Of a stretch of 64,000 bases of DNA, positions 49,636-58,872 are shown piece after piece. A program made the translations under genes and the position numbers. The notes below the pieces were generated by a model. The model searched no databases. It had not been told where the DNA came from and saw only the letters and a list, made by a program, of their open reading frames with translations. Location: assembly GCA_051004255.1 (NCBI GenBank), contig JBPCKN010000012.1:23119-87118 (forward strand). The letters are read 5' to 3'. Numbering within the stretch: position 1 is the first letter of the stretch; each line of letters begins with the position of its first letter. Origin of the DNA: Chitinophagaceae bacterium (GTDB taxonomy: Bacteria; Bacteroidota; Bacteroidia; Chitinophagales; Chitinophagaceae).

Positions 49636-50853
49636 TTATCTTCTGCTTGCAATCAATAAATTTAAATCGGTAAATTTTAAATCGAATCTTTGACTGATAT
49701 AAAAATTGGTGAGATAACCTTTGTACAAATAAATGCCATTTCGCAAATTAAAATTATGCCAAAGCATTTCTTCAAATCCGCCTTCATCGCCGGTATCGAG
49801 CAGCAAAGGCATTAAAACATTACTGATCGCATGGCTTGCAGTGCGCGCAAAACCGCTGGCTATATTTGGCACACAATAATGGATAACTCCATGTTTTATA
49901 TATGTAGGATTTTCATGCGTTGTAATTTCGCTGGTTTCAAAACAGCCGCCGCGATCAATGCTTACATCAATAATTACGCTTCCCTGGCGCATTGCCATTA
50001 CCATATCTTCTGTTACAACAATTGGTGTGCGGCCGTTTTCGCTGCTTAATGCGCCAACAGCAACTTCGCAGGTTTTTAATTGTTTGGCAAGAATTTTTGG
50101 CTCTAAAACACTCGTCCACACACGAACACCTAAATTATTTTGTAATCGTTTTAAACGATAAACATTGTTATCAAACACTTTTACTGAAGCGCCCAATGCC
50201 AATGCAGTTCTGGTCGCAAATTCGCCCACAACGCCCGCGCCAATTATAATAACTTTTGTTGGCGGAATGCCGCTGATGCCGCCTAATAAAACGCCTTTAC
50301 CATTATCCGGGCTGCCCAAATATTTGCCTGCAATAAGCATGGCGGCGCTGCCGGCAATTTCGCTCATGCTTCGCACAATTGGGTAAGTGCCACTATCATC
50401 TTTTAAATTTTCAAAACTTAAAGCAGTGATTTGCTTATCCATCATTTTTTCAATCAATTCCTGTTTTAATAAAGAAATATGAATGGGAGAAATGATGGTT
50501 TGATTTAATTGCAAATGCGATAAATCTTCATCTACAACCGGCGCGCTTTTTATTAATATCGGCGCCTTATAAACTGCTGCTTTATCAGCAACAATTTTAG
50601 CGCCTGCTTCGCTATAATGTTGATCAGAATATTTACTGCCTTCGCCTGCTTTGGTTTCGATCATTACTTCATGACCATTATTAATTAAAACGCCAACAGC
50701 TTCCGGTGTTAATGCAATGCGGTTTTCCTGAAAAGCAGTTTCCTTCGGAATTCCAATGTGCAATTTTGCTTCTCTTGGCTTAATGTCTAAAGTTTCTTCT
50801 AACGCTTCGTAACTGATAGAAGAACTAACAATAGGTTTTGAAGATGTTGACAT
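49636..50853 (-). CDS. ald: Alanine dehydrogenase / PNT-alpha family NAD-binding enzyme
   Basis: IGIPKE...E.RIALTP N-terminal pattern and the dinucleotide fold IIGAGVVG. Confidence 0.7.
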   Translation of the reverse strand: MSTSSKPIVSSSISYEALEETLDIKPREAKLHIGIPKETAFQENRIALTPEAVGVLINNGHEVMIETKAGEGSKYSDQHYSEAGAKIVADKAAVYKAPILIKSAPVVDEDLSHLQLNQTIISPIHISLLKQELIEKMMDKQITALSFENLKDDSGTYPIVRSMSEIAGSAAMLIAGKYLGSPDNGKGVLLGGISGIPPTKVIIIGAGVVGEFATRTALALGASVKVFDNNVYRLKRLQNNLGVRVWTSVLEPKILAKQLKTCEVAVGALSSENGRTPIVVTEDMVMAMRQGSVIIDVSIDRGGCFETSEITTHENPTYIKHGVIHYCVPNIASGFARTASHAISNVLMPLLLDTGDEGGFEEMLWHNFNLRNGIYLYKGYLTNFYISQRFDLKFTDLNLLIASRR

Positions 50854-50983
50854 AATTTTAAGTTTGAAAAAGTTGCAAACTTACGAAGTTCAAAGTTGCA
50901 TAGATTAATTGAACTTGAAAAACTTTTGAAAATAGAAAATTAAAATTTAAAATAAAGTATTGATTTTTTCAAACAATCAAACT

Positions 50984-51397
50984 TCAACTTTCGGCAAAAA
51001 TGCGTCTTGAATTTTCATCAATTATTTCAATATAAATATCTAATGTTTTTTCGGGTAATAATTGCGATGCATTTTCGGGCCATTCTATCAAACAAAAATT
51101 TCCGCTTGTTAAGCAATCTTCCACGCCGGCGCGAATGGCTTCTTCTTCATTTTTTATTCTGTACCAATCCATATGATAAATTGTTCCGGCAATTTCACTT
51201 TTATATTCATTAATTATTGCAAATGTTGGGCTGGTTACAACATCGTTTAAATTTAATTCCTCGCACAAAGCGCGGATAAAAGTTGTTTTGCCAGCGCCCA
51301 TCTGCGCATGAAAAGCCCATATTCTTTTTTGTTGATTTAGCTGCCAGAATTCTAAGGCTATTTTATTTATTTCATTAAGTGTAAACGTTATATTCAT
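50984..51397 (-). CDS. tsaE: tRNA t6A37 biosynthesis ATPase TsaE
   Basis: 137 aa with P-loop GAGKTT and the HMDWYR motif. Confidence 0.85.
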   Translation of the reverse strand: MNITFTLNEINKIALEFWQLNQQKRIWAFHAQMGAGKTTFIRALCEELNLNDVVTSPTFAIINEYKSEIAGTIYHMDWYRIKNEEEAIRAGVEDCLTSGNFCLIEWPENASQLLPEKTLDIYIEIIDENSRRIFAES

Positions 51398-51651
51398 TTT
51401 GCAAACGTAGTAAATGAAATTGCCGATTTTTAAATGCCAATAAAATCAGGTTATTAAAAAATTACTTATTGCCCGTTGGAAAGCAATTTTGCATTGCAGC
51501 AGACTTGCAATAAATGTTGGTGCAGAATTACGCACGCTTTTTAGAAATTATGCACGCAAAGATATTTCATTTAAAAACCTGCTGCCGAAGGCGCTTTTTT
51601 AGTTGATGCAAAAAAGTAGACGGTGAAATGAATGAAATAAAAATTGTTGCG

Positions 51652-51678
51652 AAAAGGTGGCAACATAAAATTAAAATT
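51652..51678 (+). repeat. Solo copy of the A-run-proximal module of the bipartite element
   Basis: AAAAGGTGGCAACATAAAATTAAAATT compared with copy L TAAAGTTGGTAACATAAAAATTTAAATT. No GC core is adjacent. Confidence 0.5.
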
Positions 51679-51797
51679 GTCTTTTAAAACATTTTTTGTG
51701 ACATCAATAATAGATATGGTTATAAAAAACCCACAAAATGGTTTTATTGAATTTTACTTTTAAACTTTGATTTTCACTGCTGAACAGCGAACAGAAC

Positions 51798-51856
51798 GTA
51801 CAAGAGTGCGACGCAAGAAAAATTTAATTAATAATCTAAAGTTGGTAACATAAAAA
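51798..51856 (+). repeat. Bipartite intergenic element, copy L (core-first; 48 nt before the GMC oxidoreductase ATG)
   Basis: GTACAAGAGTGCGACGCAAGAAAAATT...CTAAAGTTGGTAACATAAAAA. Confidence 0.85.
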
Positions 51857-51904
51857 TTTAAATTAATTTTATTACCTTAATTCTCCATTATAAATTAGTA
51901 AATC

Positions 51905-53584
51905 ATGGCAGACAATGTTTTTGATGCGATTGTAATAGGCAGCGGTATCAGCGGCGGCTGGGCTGCAAAAGAACTTTGCGAAAAAGGTTTAAAAACAATT
52001 ATGCTCGAACGCGGGCGCAACATTGAGCACATAAAAGATTATGTAAACGCAAATAAAGAAGCGTGGGATTATCCGCATCGCGGCACGCGAACACAACAAA
52101 TGATAAAAGATTATCCTGTGCTGAAACGCGATTATCCTTTAAACGAAACTAATTTGGATTATTGGGTAAAAGATAAAGAATGCCCTTACACAGAAATAAA
52201 ACGCTTCGATTGGTTTCGCGGTTATCATGTTGGCGGACGCTCGCTAATGTGGGGCAGACAAAGCTATCGCTGGAATGATATGTATTTTGAAGAAAATGCA
52301 AAAGACGGAATTGCGATTGACTGGCCTGTGCGCTACAAAGAGATTGAGCCTTGGTATGATTATGTTGAAAAATTTATTGGCGTAAGCGGCAATAAAGATG
52401 GAATTCCGCAATTGCCCGATGGTCAATTTATGCCACCGATGGATATGACCTGTGTTGAAAAAGATGTTGCTGCGCGAATTAAAGATCATTATAAAGGAAC
52501 GCGTGCAATGGTTATCGGTCGTACGGCAAATATTACCGAACCTTTGCCGGGGAGAACTAATTGCCAGTTCAGAAATAAATGTTGGCTGGGATGCCCGTTT
52601 GGCGCATATTTCAGCACACAATCATCAACGTTGCCTGCCGCAATGAAAACAAATAATTTAACGCTTCGTCCGTGGGCAATCGTTACAAAAATTTTGTACG
52701 ATAAAGATAAAAAGCGCGCGACCGGTGTAGAGATTTTAGATGCAGAAACAAATAAAACATATCAATATTTTTCAAAAATTATTTTCTTAAATGCATCAAC
52801 ATTAAACAGTGCATGGGTTTTAATGAACTCCGCAACTGATGTGTGGCCCGATGGTTTAGGAAGCAGCAGCGGTGAGCTTGGTCATAACATTATGGATCAT
52901 CATTTAAATGTTAGCGCGGGCGGAATTGTGGAAGGTTATGAAGATAAATATTATTATGGTCGTCGTGCAAATGGCGTTTACATTCCGCGCTACAGAAATT
53001 TCTTTGGTGATAAAAGAGATTATCTGCGCGGCTTTGGTTACCAGGGCGGCGGCAGCCGCGCAGGCTGGAGCCGCGATGTTGCTGAATACAATATTGGTGC
53101 AGATTTAAAAGATGCATTAACCGAGCCGGGTCCATGGACAATGGGCATGGGTGGCTTTGGAGAAACCTTGCCTTATCATGAAAATAAAGTAACACTTGAC
53201 AAAACTAAAACGGATAAATGGGGATTAAACATTTTAGCGTTTGATGTTGAGTTAAAAGAAAACGAATTGAAAATGCGCAAAGATATGCTTGCTGATGCAA
53301 TCGAAATGCTCGAAGCAGCCGGCGTAAAAAACGTAAAAGGCAGCGATACGAATCCATATTTGGGTCGTGGTATTCATGAAATGGGTTCAGCACGCATGGG
53401 CGCAAATGCAAAAAAATCTGTGCTTAATAAATGGAATCAAGTTTGGGATGCACCAAATGTTTTTGTAACCGATGGTTCGTTTATGGTTTCAGCAGCTTGC
53501 CAAAATCCTTCGCTTACTTACATGGCGTTTACTGCGCGTGCAGCAGATTTTGCTGTGAAGGAAATGAAGAAGATGAATATTTAA
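51905..53584 (+). CDS. GMC-family FAD oxidoreductase (paralog 1)
   Basis: FAD fold DAIVIGSGISGGWAAKEL and a C-terminal HEMGSARMG active-site region. Confidence 0.85.
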   Translation: MADNVFDAIVIGSGISGGWAAKELCEKGLKTIMLERGRNIEHIKDYVNANKEAWDYPHRGTRTQQMIKDYPVLKRDYPLNETNLDYWVKDKECPYTEIKRFDWFRGYHVGGRSLMWGRQSYRWNDMYFEENAKDGIAIDWPVRYKEIEPWYDYVEKFIGVSGNKDGIPQLPDGQFMPPMDMTCVEKDVAARIKDHYKGTRAMVIGRTANITEPLPGRTNCQFRNKCWLGCPFGAYFSTQSSTLPAAMKTNNLTLRPWAIVTKILYDKDKKRATGVEILDAETNKTYQYFSKIIFLNASTLNSAWVLMNSATDVWPDGLGSSSGELGHNIMDHHLNVSAGGIVEGYEDKYYYGRRANGVYIPRYRNFFGDKRDYLRGFGYQGGGSRAGWSRDVAEYNIGADLKDALTEPGPWTMGMGGFGETLPYHENKVTLDKTKTDKWGLNILAFDVELKENELKMRKDMLADAIEMLEAAGVKNVKGSDTNPYLGRGIHEMGSARMGANAKKSVLNKWNQVWDAPNVFVTDGSFMVSAACQNPSLTYMAFTARAADFAVKEMKKMNI

Positions 53585-53656
53585 AAATAAGAATTCAAAA
53601 GTGAAAAGTAAAATTAAGGTTTTTAAATTTTGATTTTTTACTTTTTAATTTAAAAT

Positions 53657-55390
53657 ATGCCCGGCGATACAACCAGCATAAACATCAATTCCGGCGGCGT
53701 TGAAAAAAATACGTTCGATGCAATTGTTATTGGCAGCGGTATTAGCGGCGGTTGGGCTGCAAAAGAACTTTGCGAGAAAGGATTAAAAACTTTGGTGCTC
53801 GAGCGTGGAAGAAATGTGGTGCATAACAAAGACTATCCCACTGCAATGCTTGCTCCGTGGGAGTTTCCGCATCGCGGAGAAATGACAAGAAAATTTGTTG
53901 ATGAAAATCCTTTAATAACGCAAGCCGCAGGTTTCGACGAATCAACTGCACATTTTTTTATTCGCGATAAAGATCATCCTTACATTCAGGAAAAACCTTT
54001 TGAGTGGATTCGCGGTTACCAGGTTGGCGGCAAATCAATTATTTGGGGCAGAGCCTGTCCGCGCTGGAGCAATTATGAATTTATAAATCCCGCGCGTTAT
54101 GGTTATGGAATTGAGTGGCCAATAAATTATGAAGATATTGCGCCTTGGTATTCGCACGTGGAAATTTTTTCGGGAATTTGCGGCAACAAAGATGGTCTTG
54201 AAGCAATGCCCGACGGCGAATACCTTCCGCCGTTTGAATTTAACTGTGTTGAAAAAGATCTAAAGAAAAAAATAGCCGATAATTATAAAGACCGGTTTAT
54301 GATTCAGGGTCGCTGGGCGCAATTAACACAACCAAAACAAATTCATTTACAACAAGGCCGTGCACAGTGCCAGGCACGCGACCTTTGCATGCGCGGATGC
54401 CCGTGGGGCGCGTATTTCAGCTCTGTTTCATCCACATTACCTTGGGCTGCAAAAACAGGAAATTTAACGGTGCGTCCTTTTTCCGTTGTGCATTCAATTA
54501 TCTATGATGAAAAAAAAGATAAAGCAATTGGTGTAAGAATAATTGATACGAACACAAAAAAATCAACCGATTATTTTTCCAAAATTATTTTTGTAAATGC
54601 ATCTGCATTAAACAGCAATCTTGTTTTGCTGAATTCCACTTCTAATCGCTTTCCAAACGGTTTTGGAAATGATAACGGATTGCTTGGCAAATATGTTTGT
54701 TTTCAAAATTATCGCGGCTCTGTTCACGGCACAATTGACGGCTTTGAAGATACATATTATTACGGTCGCAGACCTTCAGAATGTATGATGGCAAATTTCA
54801 GAAACTTCAAAAAGCAAGACACCGATTTTGTTGGCGGATACATGGCGTTTATGGGTTGTTATCGCAATCGTGGTGCAGGCGATAAATTAGATGTGCAAAT
54901 TGGTGCAGATTATAAAGAAGCGATGAGCGAAGCCGGCGGCTGGGAAGTTTACATGTACATGCAAGGTGAAACAATACCGAAAGAAACGAACCATGTAAGT
55001 TTAAGCAAAATAGAAAAAGATCAGTGGGGAATTCCGTTGCTTGTTACAACAGTTGGTTACGATGATAATGATGAAAAATTATTGAATGATTTTCTAACGC
55101 AGGGCGAAGAAATGTTTGATAAATGCGGCATAAAAAATATTACACATAACGATAATCATTGGGCGCCGGGAAGGGATATTCACGAAATGGGCGGATGCAG
55201 AATGGGCAAAGACCCTAAAACTTCTTTGCTCAATAAATGGAATCAATTTCATAACTGCAAAAATGTTTTTGTAACCGATGGCGCCTGCATGACGAGCACT
55301 GCAAACCAAAGTCCTTCTATTTTTTATATGGCATTAACTGCAAGAGCTTGTAATTATGCGGTGGATGAATTGAAGAAAGGGAATATTTGA
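53657..55390 (+). CDS. GMC-family FAD oxidoreductase (paralog 2)
   Basis: The N-terminal block FDAIVIGSGISGGWAAKELCEKGLKT is identical to paralog 1. HEMGGCRMG is present. Confidence 0.85.
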   Translation: MPGDTTSININSGGVEKNTFDAIVIGSGISGGWAAKELCEKGLKTLVLERGRNVVHNKDYPTAMLAPWEFPHRGEMTRKFVDENPLITQAAGFDESTAHFFIRDKDHPYIQEKPFEWIRGYQVGGKSIIWGRACPRWSNYEFINPARYGYGIEWPINYEDIAPWYSHVEIFSGICGNKDGLEAMPDGEYLPPFEFNCVEKDLKKKIADNYKDRFMIQGRWAQLTQPKQIHLQQGRAQCQARDLCMRGCPWGAYFSSVSSTLPWAAKTGNLTVRPFSVVHSIIYDEKKDKAIGVRIIDTNTKKSTDYFSKIIFVNASALNSNLVLLNSTSNRFPNGFGNDNGLLGKYVCFQNYRGSVHGTIDGFEDTYYYGRRPSECMMANFRNFKKQDTDFVGGYMAFMGCYRNRGAGDKLDVQIGADYKEAMSEAGGWEVYMYMQGETIPKETNHVSLSKIEKDQWGIPLLVTTVGYDDNDEKLLNDFLTQGEEMFDKCGIKNITHNDNHWAPGRDIHEMGGCRMGKDPKTSLLNKWNQFHNCKNVFVTDGACMTSTANQSPSIFYMALTARACNYAVDELKKGNI

Positions 55391-55650
55391 TGTGATGATT
55401 TGGTGATGGGAATGATGTGCTATTTTTTCGGAATAATAATAAACATAATCCTTATTGGATTGTGTCTTGAATCTGATCTCATAAGGGAACCTTGTGCATT
55501 ATTCATTATTGTTGTTTCAGTTTTTGCGATATAATCTTTCCTGTGCAATACGCCAACGTTTCAATATTTGGCGATATGAAATTGTCAAAAAAACAAATTG
55601 AACAAACTCCATCACAAAAGTGATTATTTACTGCATTTCTACATGAATAA

Positions 55651-55698
55651 ATTTTAATCTGCACTTCATCTGCTACTTATTTCATCAGTACAATTTTG
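55651..55698 (+). promoter_or_regulatory. Conserved upstream block ATTTTAATCTGCACTTCATC, then 20 nt, then CAATTTTG (site 1)
   Basis: 18 of 20 nt are identical to 56221-56240, with identical spacing to a CAATTTTG box resembling the Bacteroidota -7 element TAnnTTTG. It lies 72 nt upstream of the ATG at 55770. Confidence 0.5.
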
Positions 55699-55769
55699 TT
55701 TTTCAAAGTTTTCGCTAAAATCATTTTTAGGAAATTTTGATTTTAAATCATAAAAAAAAACAAATTATT

Positions 55770-56216
55770 ATGCCTAAGCATCATGAAAAAAAACCACATC
55801 AAAAAGCAGTGGGTTTACAGTTAATTGGTAAATCTGATGAACTGATTAACTTATTAATTACTGAGCCTGAAAAAAGAGAGTGGGCTATTGAGCAGGTAAC
55901 CAATGAAGGTCCTGAGCACAAACAAGTATTTAGCGCCTTGCTTTTAAATCGAATGTTCAAGCTTGTTCAATTAATCGAAGAAAAAACAAATGTTTCTTTC
56001 GCAGCACAAAAAGGAAATGAAATTATTTCGAAAAAAAATGAGGATGAATTCATCATTCCACTGCAGCTGCTGGCAACTGCTCTTAAAAAAGAACAAACAG
56101 AAGACGTTTTAAAAATTTTATCTCATGCGCCGGAACATGAGTTGATTGCTTTTACTGCTTTGCTACAAGCAACAGAATGGAGTATTAAAGCAATAGAAAA
56201 AGAAAATAAAATATAA
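55770..56216 (+). CDS. Hypothetical cytoplasmic protein with a His/Lys-rich N-terminus
   Basis: 148 aa from the ATG at 55770 (MPKHHEKKPHQK...). No family recognised. Confidence 0.5.
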   Translation: MPKHHEKKPHQKAVGLQLIGKSDELINLLITEPEKREWAIEQVTNEGPEHKQVFSALLLNRMFKLVQLIEEKTNVSFAAQKGNEIISKKNEDEFIIPLQLLATALKKEQTEDVLKILSHAPEHELIAFTALLQATEWSIKAIEKENKI

Positions 56217-56220
56217 ATAC

Positions 56221-56268
56221 ATTTTAATCTGCATTTCATGCCATCCTTGTTTGCAAATTTCAATTTTG
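56221..56268 (+). promoter_or_regulatory. Conserved upstream block ATTTTAATCTGCATTTCATG, then 20 nt, then CAATTTTG (site 2)
   Basis: Same block and spacing as site 1. It lies 37 nt upstream of the ATG at 56305. Confidence 0.5.
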
Positions 56269-56304
56269 ATTTTATAATATTTATTCACATTAAAAATAAA
56301 AAAA

Positions 56305-57009
56305 ATGAAAAAGTTATTTATGGCAGTTTTAATAACAGCCGCAACAATCGCAACAGTTAATGCACAACCACCTGCGCTGGGCGCTCCGCCGTCACCAAGA
56401 CCAGATGCTCGGGGTATTCGACCGCCTCATCCACCCCGCGGCGAACAATTACAACCGGTAAGTCAATTTCAGGGAAGAGTTGTTAAGATTAGTGTAAACG
56501 ATGATTATGTTTACGATGGTTTTTACATGCTTACCGGAAGTGATAGTGTACTGGTAAAATTTCCGCCGCATCTTGGTTCACAAATTACTTCATCAATAAA
56601 AAATGGTTCAAGCGTTACTGTGAACGGTGTGATGAATTATTCACCATTTGGCGAAAAGGAAATAAAAATGGTTAGCATAAATGCAAACGGCCAAACAATT
56701 TATGATGCGCCGCCCGCTGCAACACCCATTGCAGTTTCTGAAAAATTTATTAATGGAAGCGGAACAATCAGCAATACACAAACTGACCGCGAAGGCAGAA
56801 TAAATGGTTTTATTTTGAATGATAACGCCATTTTGCGCATCCCTCCTGACGTTATTTACCAATTATCAGTCACGGCTAAAACCGGCGCTACCATTGACTA
56901 TACAGGCACGTTAAAACAATTGCAGACCGGCGAAGTGGCTGCAGGTAATTACAAAATTGTGCATTGCAACACAATTAAAATTAACGGGCAGCAATATCTT
57001 GTAAGATAA
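56305..57009 (+). CDS. Secreted protein with a Pro-rich linker and two copies of an uncharacterised domain carrying an FPPH/IPPD motif
   Basis: Signal peptide MKKLFMAVLITAATIATVNAQ and linker PPALGAPPSPRPDARGIRPPHPPRG. The internal repeats are centred on LVKFPPHLGSQI and LRIPPDVIYQL. Confidence 0.6.
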   Translation: MKKLFMAVLITAATIATVNAQPPALGAPPSPRPDARGIRPPHPPRGEQLQPVSQFQGRVVKISVNDDYVYDGFYMLTGSDSVLVKFPPHLGSQITSSIKNGSSVTVNGVMNYSPFGEKEIKMVSINANGQTIYDAPPAATPIAVSEKFINGSGTISNTQTDREGRINGFILNDNAILRIPPDVIYQLSVTAKTGATIDYTGTLKQLQTGEVAAGNYKIVHCNTIKINGQQYLVR

Positions 57010-57015
57010 TTTTTT

Positions 57016-57054
57016 AAAAGAGGTAAGGCAAGATGCTTTACCTCTTTTTATTTT
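57016..57054 (+). terminator. Strong rho-independent terminator after the 56305 gene
   Basis: AAAAGAGGTAA / TTACCTCTTTT: a perfect 11-bp stem with an 11-nt loop, followed by TATTTT. Confidence 0.8.
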
Positions 57055-57071
57055 CGACCAAAAATTTAATT

Positions 57072-57434
57072 ATGAAATCGCTATCTACAATTGGGCTACT
57101 TTTTTTATCCAACACATTTATGACGTTTGCCTGGTACGGACATTTAAAATACTTCGGAAAAGGCACCACCACTTCTTTGTTTTTAATTATTCTTATTAGC
57201 TGGGGTATTGCTTTTTTTGAATACTGTTTTCAGGTGCCTGCAAACAGAATTGGTTTTGCAGAAGAAGGCGGTCCGTTTTCGCTTGTGCAATTAAAAGTGA
57301 TTCAGGAAGTAATTACGCTTATTGTTTTTGTTATTTTCTCTGTGGTGATTTTCAAAAATGTTCGCTTTACAACTAATCATTTTATCGGCTTTGGCTTTTT
57401 GGTGGCTGCGGTTTATTTCATATTTAAATCATAA
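57072..57434 (+). CDS. DMT-superfamily small membrane protein (DUF486-like)
   Basis: 120 aa from the ATG at 57072, with 4 TM segments and the FMTFAWYGHLKY N-terminal pattern. The longer ORF-track start would lie inside the terminator hairpin. Confidence 0.65.
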   Translation: MKSLSTIGLLFLSNTFMTFAWYGHLKYFGKGTTTSLFLIILISWGIAFFEYCFQVPANRIGFAEEGGPFSLVQLKVIQEVITLIVFVIFSVVIFKNVRFTTNHFIGFGFLVAAVYFIFKS

Positions 57435-57460
57435 CGAAAAATTTTTAAACCTGTTGCAAA

Positions 57461-58732
57461 ATGAACAAAACGCAATCTATTCAATTCAAAAAACATAAGG
57501 TTATTTGGCCGCTCGAGTCACTAAACTTTTTCATGGCCGATATGCAGGCAGGAATTGGGCCTTTTTTGGGAATATTTCTTTTGGCACATGGCTGGAAAAG
57601 TGGACCCATCGGTTCTGTAATGACCATCGGCGGCGTTGCCGGAATGTTAATGACAGCACCTGCAGGTGCATTAATTGATGCAACAACGCGTAAACGCATG
57701 TATGTTGTTATATCAGGAATATTTACGGTTATTGCTTCAGCGTTTATACTTCTCTCACAAAATTTTTGGATAGTAAGTATATCGCAAGTGGCAACAGCTA
57801 TTGCAGGCTCTGCGTTAGGACCGGCTGTAATAGGAATAACGCTTGGTATTGTTAAACAGGCTGGCTTTAATCGTCAAAATGGTCATAATCAGGCGTTCAA
57901 TCATGCAGGCAATGTCGCCGGCGCAGCGCTATCAGGTTATTTAGGTATGAAATTCGGGATGCCCGCCATTTTTTATCTCGCCGCAGTTTTTGGTGTGTTA
58001 TCCATCATATCTATTTTAATGATTCCTGGCAAAGCAATAGATAACAAAGCAGCACGTGGTTTAAAAGAAAATGGAGAAGATAATAAAGCAAGCGGTCTTC
58101 AAGTGTTATTCAAATGTAAGCCACTGCTAATATTGGCTGCGGCTCTTGCTTGTTTCCATTTAGGAAACGGTGCTATGTTGCCGTTATATGGTTTAGCCGC
58201 TGCTTCAAAGAATCAAGGAAATCCCACTGTTTTTGTAGCCATGACAATAGTTATTGCACAAGTGGTTATGATTTTTGCATCCATCATTGCTATGCGCATG
58301 GCTGAAAAAAGCGGGTACTGGCTTGTATTGTTTATTTCATTTATAGCACTTCCTATACGCGGTTTTATTGCAGCCCACATGATTAATCAAACAGGTGTTT
58401 ACCCCGTTCAAATACTGGATGGTATAGGTGCCGGATTGCAAAGTGTTGCCGTTCCAGGATTGGTTACGCGTATTTTAAATGGTACCGGACGGGTTAATAT
58501 TGGTCAGGGCGCTGTGATGACGGTGCAAGGGCTTGGAGCATCGTTGAGCCCTGCTATTGGTGGATGGATTGCGCAAGGCATTGGCTATCGTTTAACCTTT
58601 ATGATTTTGGGCAGCTTTGCAATCATTTCAATTTTATTATGGCTGATATTTTCTTCTACTATTAGGTCCGCCTCCGATAATACGCGGGCAAATAATAATA
58701 GTAAAAATGGAGATAAAAAAGTTAAGAAGTGA
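57461..58732 (+). CDS. MFS transporter
   Basis: About 12 TM segments, 423 aa, with the loop motif DATTRKR between TM2 and TM3. Confidence 0.8.
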   Translation: MNKTQSIQFKKHKVIWPLESLNFFMADMQAGIGPFLGIFLLAHGWKSGPIGSVMTIGGVAGMLMTAPAGALIDATTRKRMYVVISGIFTVIASAFILLSQNFWIVSISQVATAIAGSALGPAVIGITLGIVKQAGFNRQNGHNQAFNHAGNVAGAALSGYLGMKFGMPAIFYLAAVFGVLSIISILMIPGKAIDNKAARGLKENGEDNKASGLQVLFKCKPLLILAAALACFHLGNGAMLPLYGLAAASKNQGNPTVFVAMTIVIAQVVMIFASIIAMRMAEKSGYWLVLFISFIALPIRGFIAAHMINQTGVYPVQILDGIGAGLQSVAVPGLVTRILNGTGRVNIGQGAVMTVQGLGASLSPAIGGWIAQGIGYRLTFMILGSFAIISILLWLIFSSTIRSASDNTRANNNSKNGDKKVKK

Positions 58733-58872
58733 ATAATCACAAAAAATAAAAGCTATCAAAAAATCAAAGAAATTTATTTATACTTTAATGAATGCAGGAG
58801 TCGCTTTAATTACTTTTATTAAAAACACCGATACATAAAAATGTTTTATGAAGATTTATAAAAACGATTTTT

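Noticed and set aside
982-51856. Whether the 12 conserved ~25-nt cores form a CRISPR array
   Set aside because: Copies are kilobases apart, occur in both orientations, are separated by housekeeping genes, and have no regular spacer length or cas genes.
55488-55520. CCTTGTGCATTATTCATTATTG, which resembles the sequence flanking copy D (CTTGTGCATTCAGTTCATTATTC), as a possible 13th degenerate copy
   Set aside because: Only the outer few nucleotides of the core are present and the GC-rich TGCGACGCA centre is missing.
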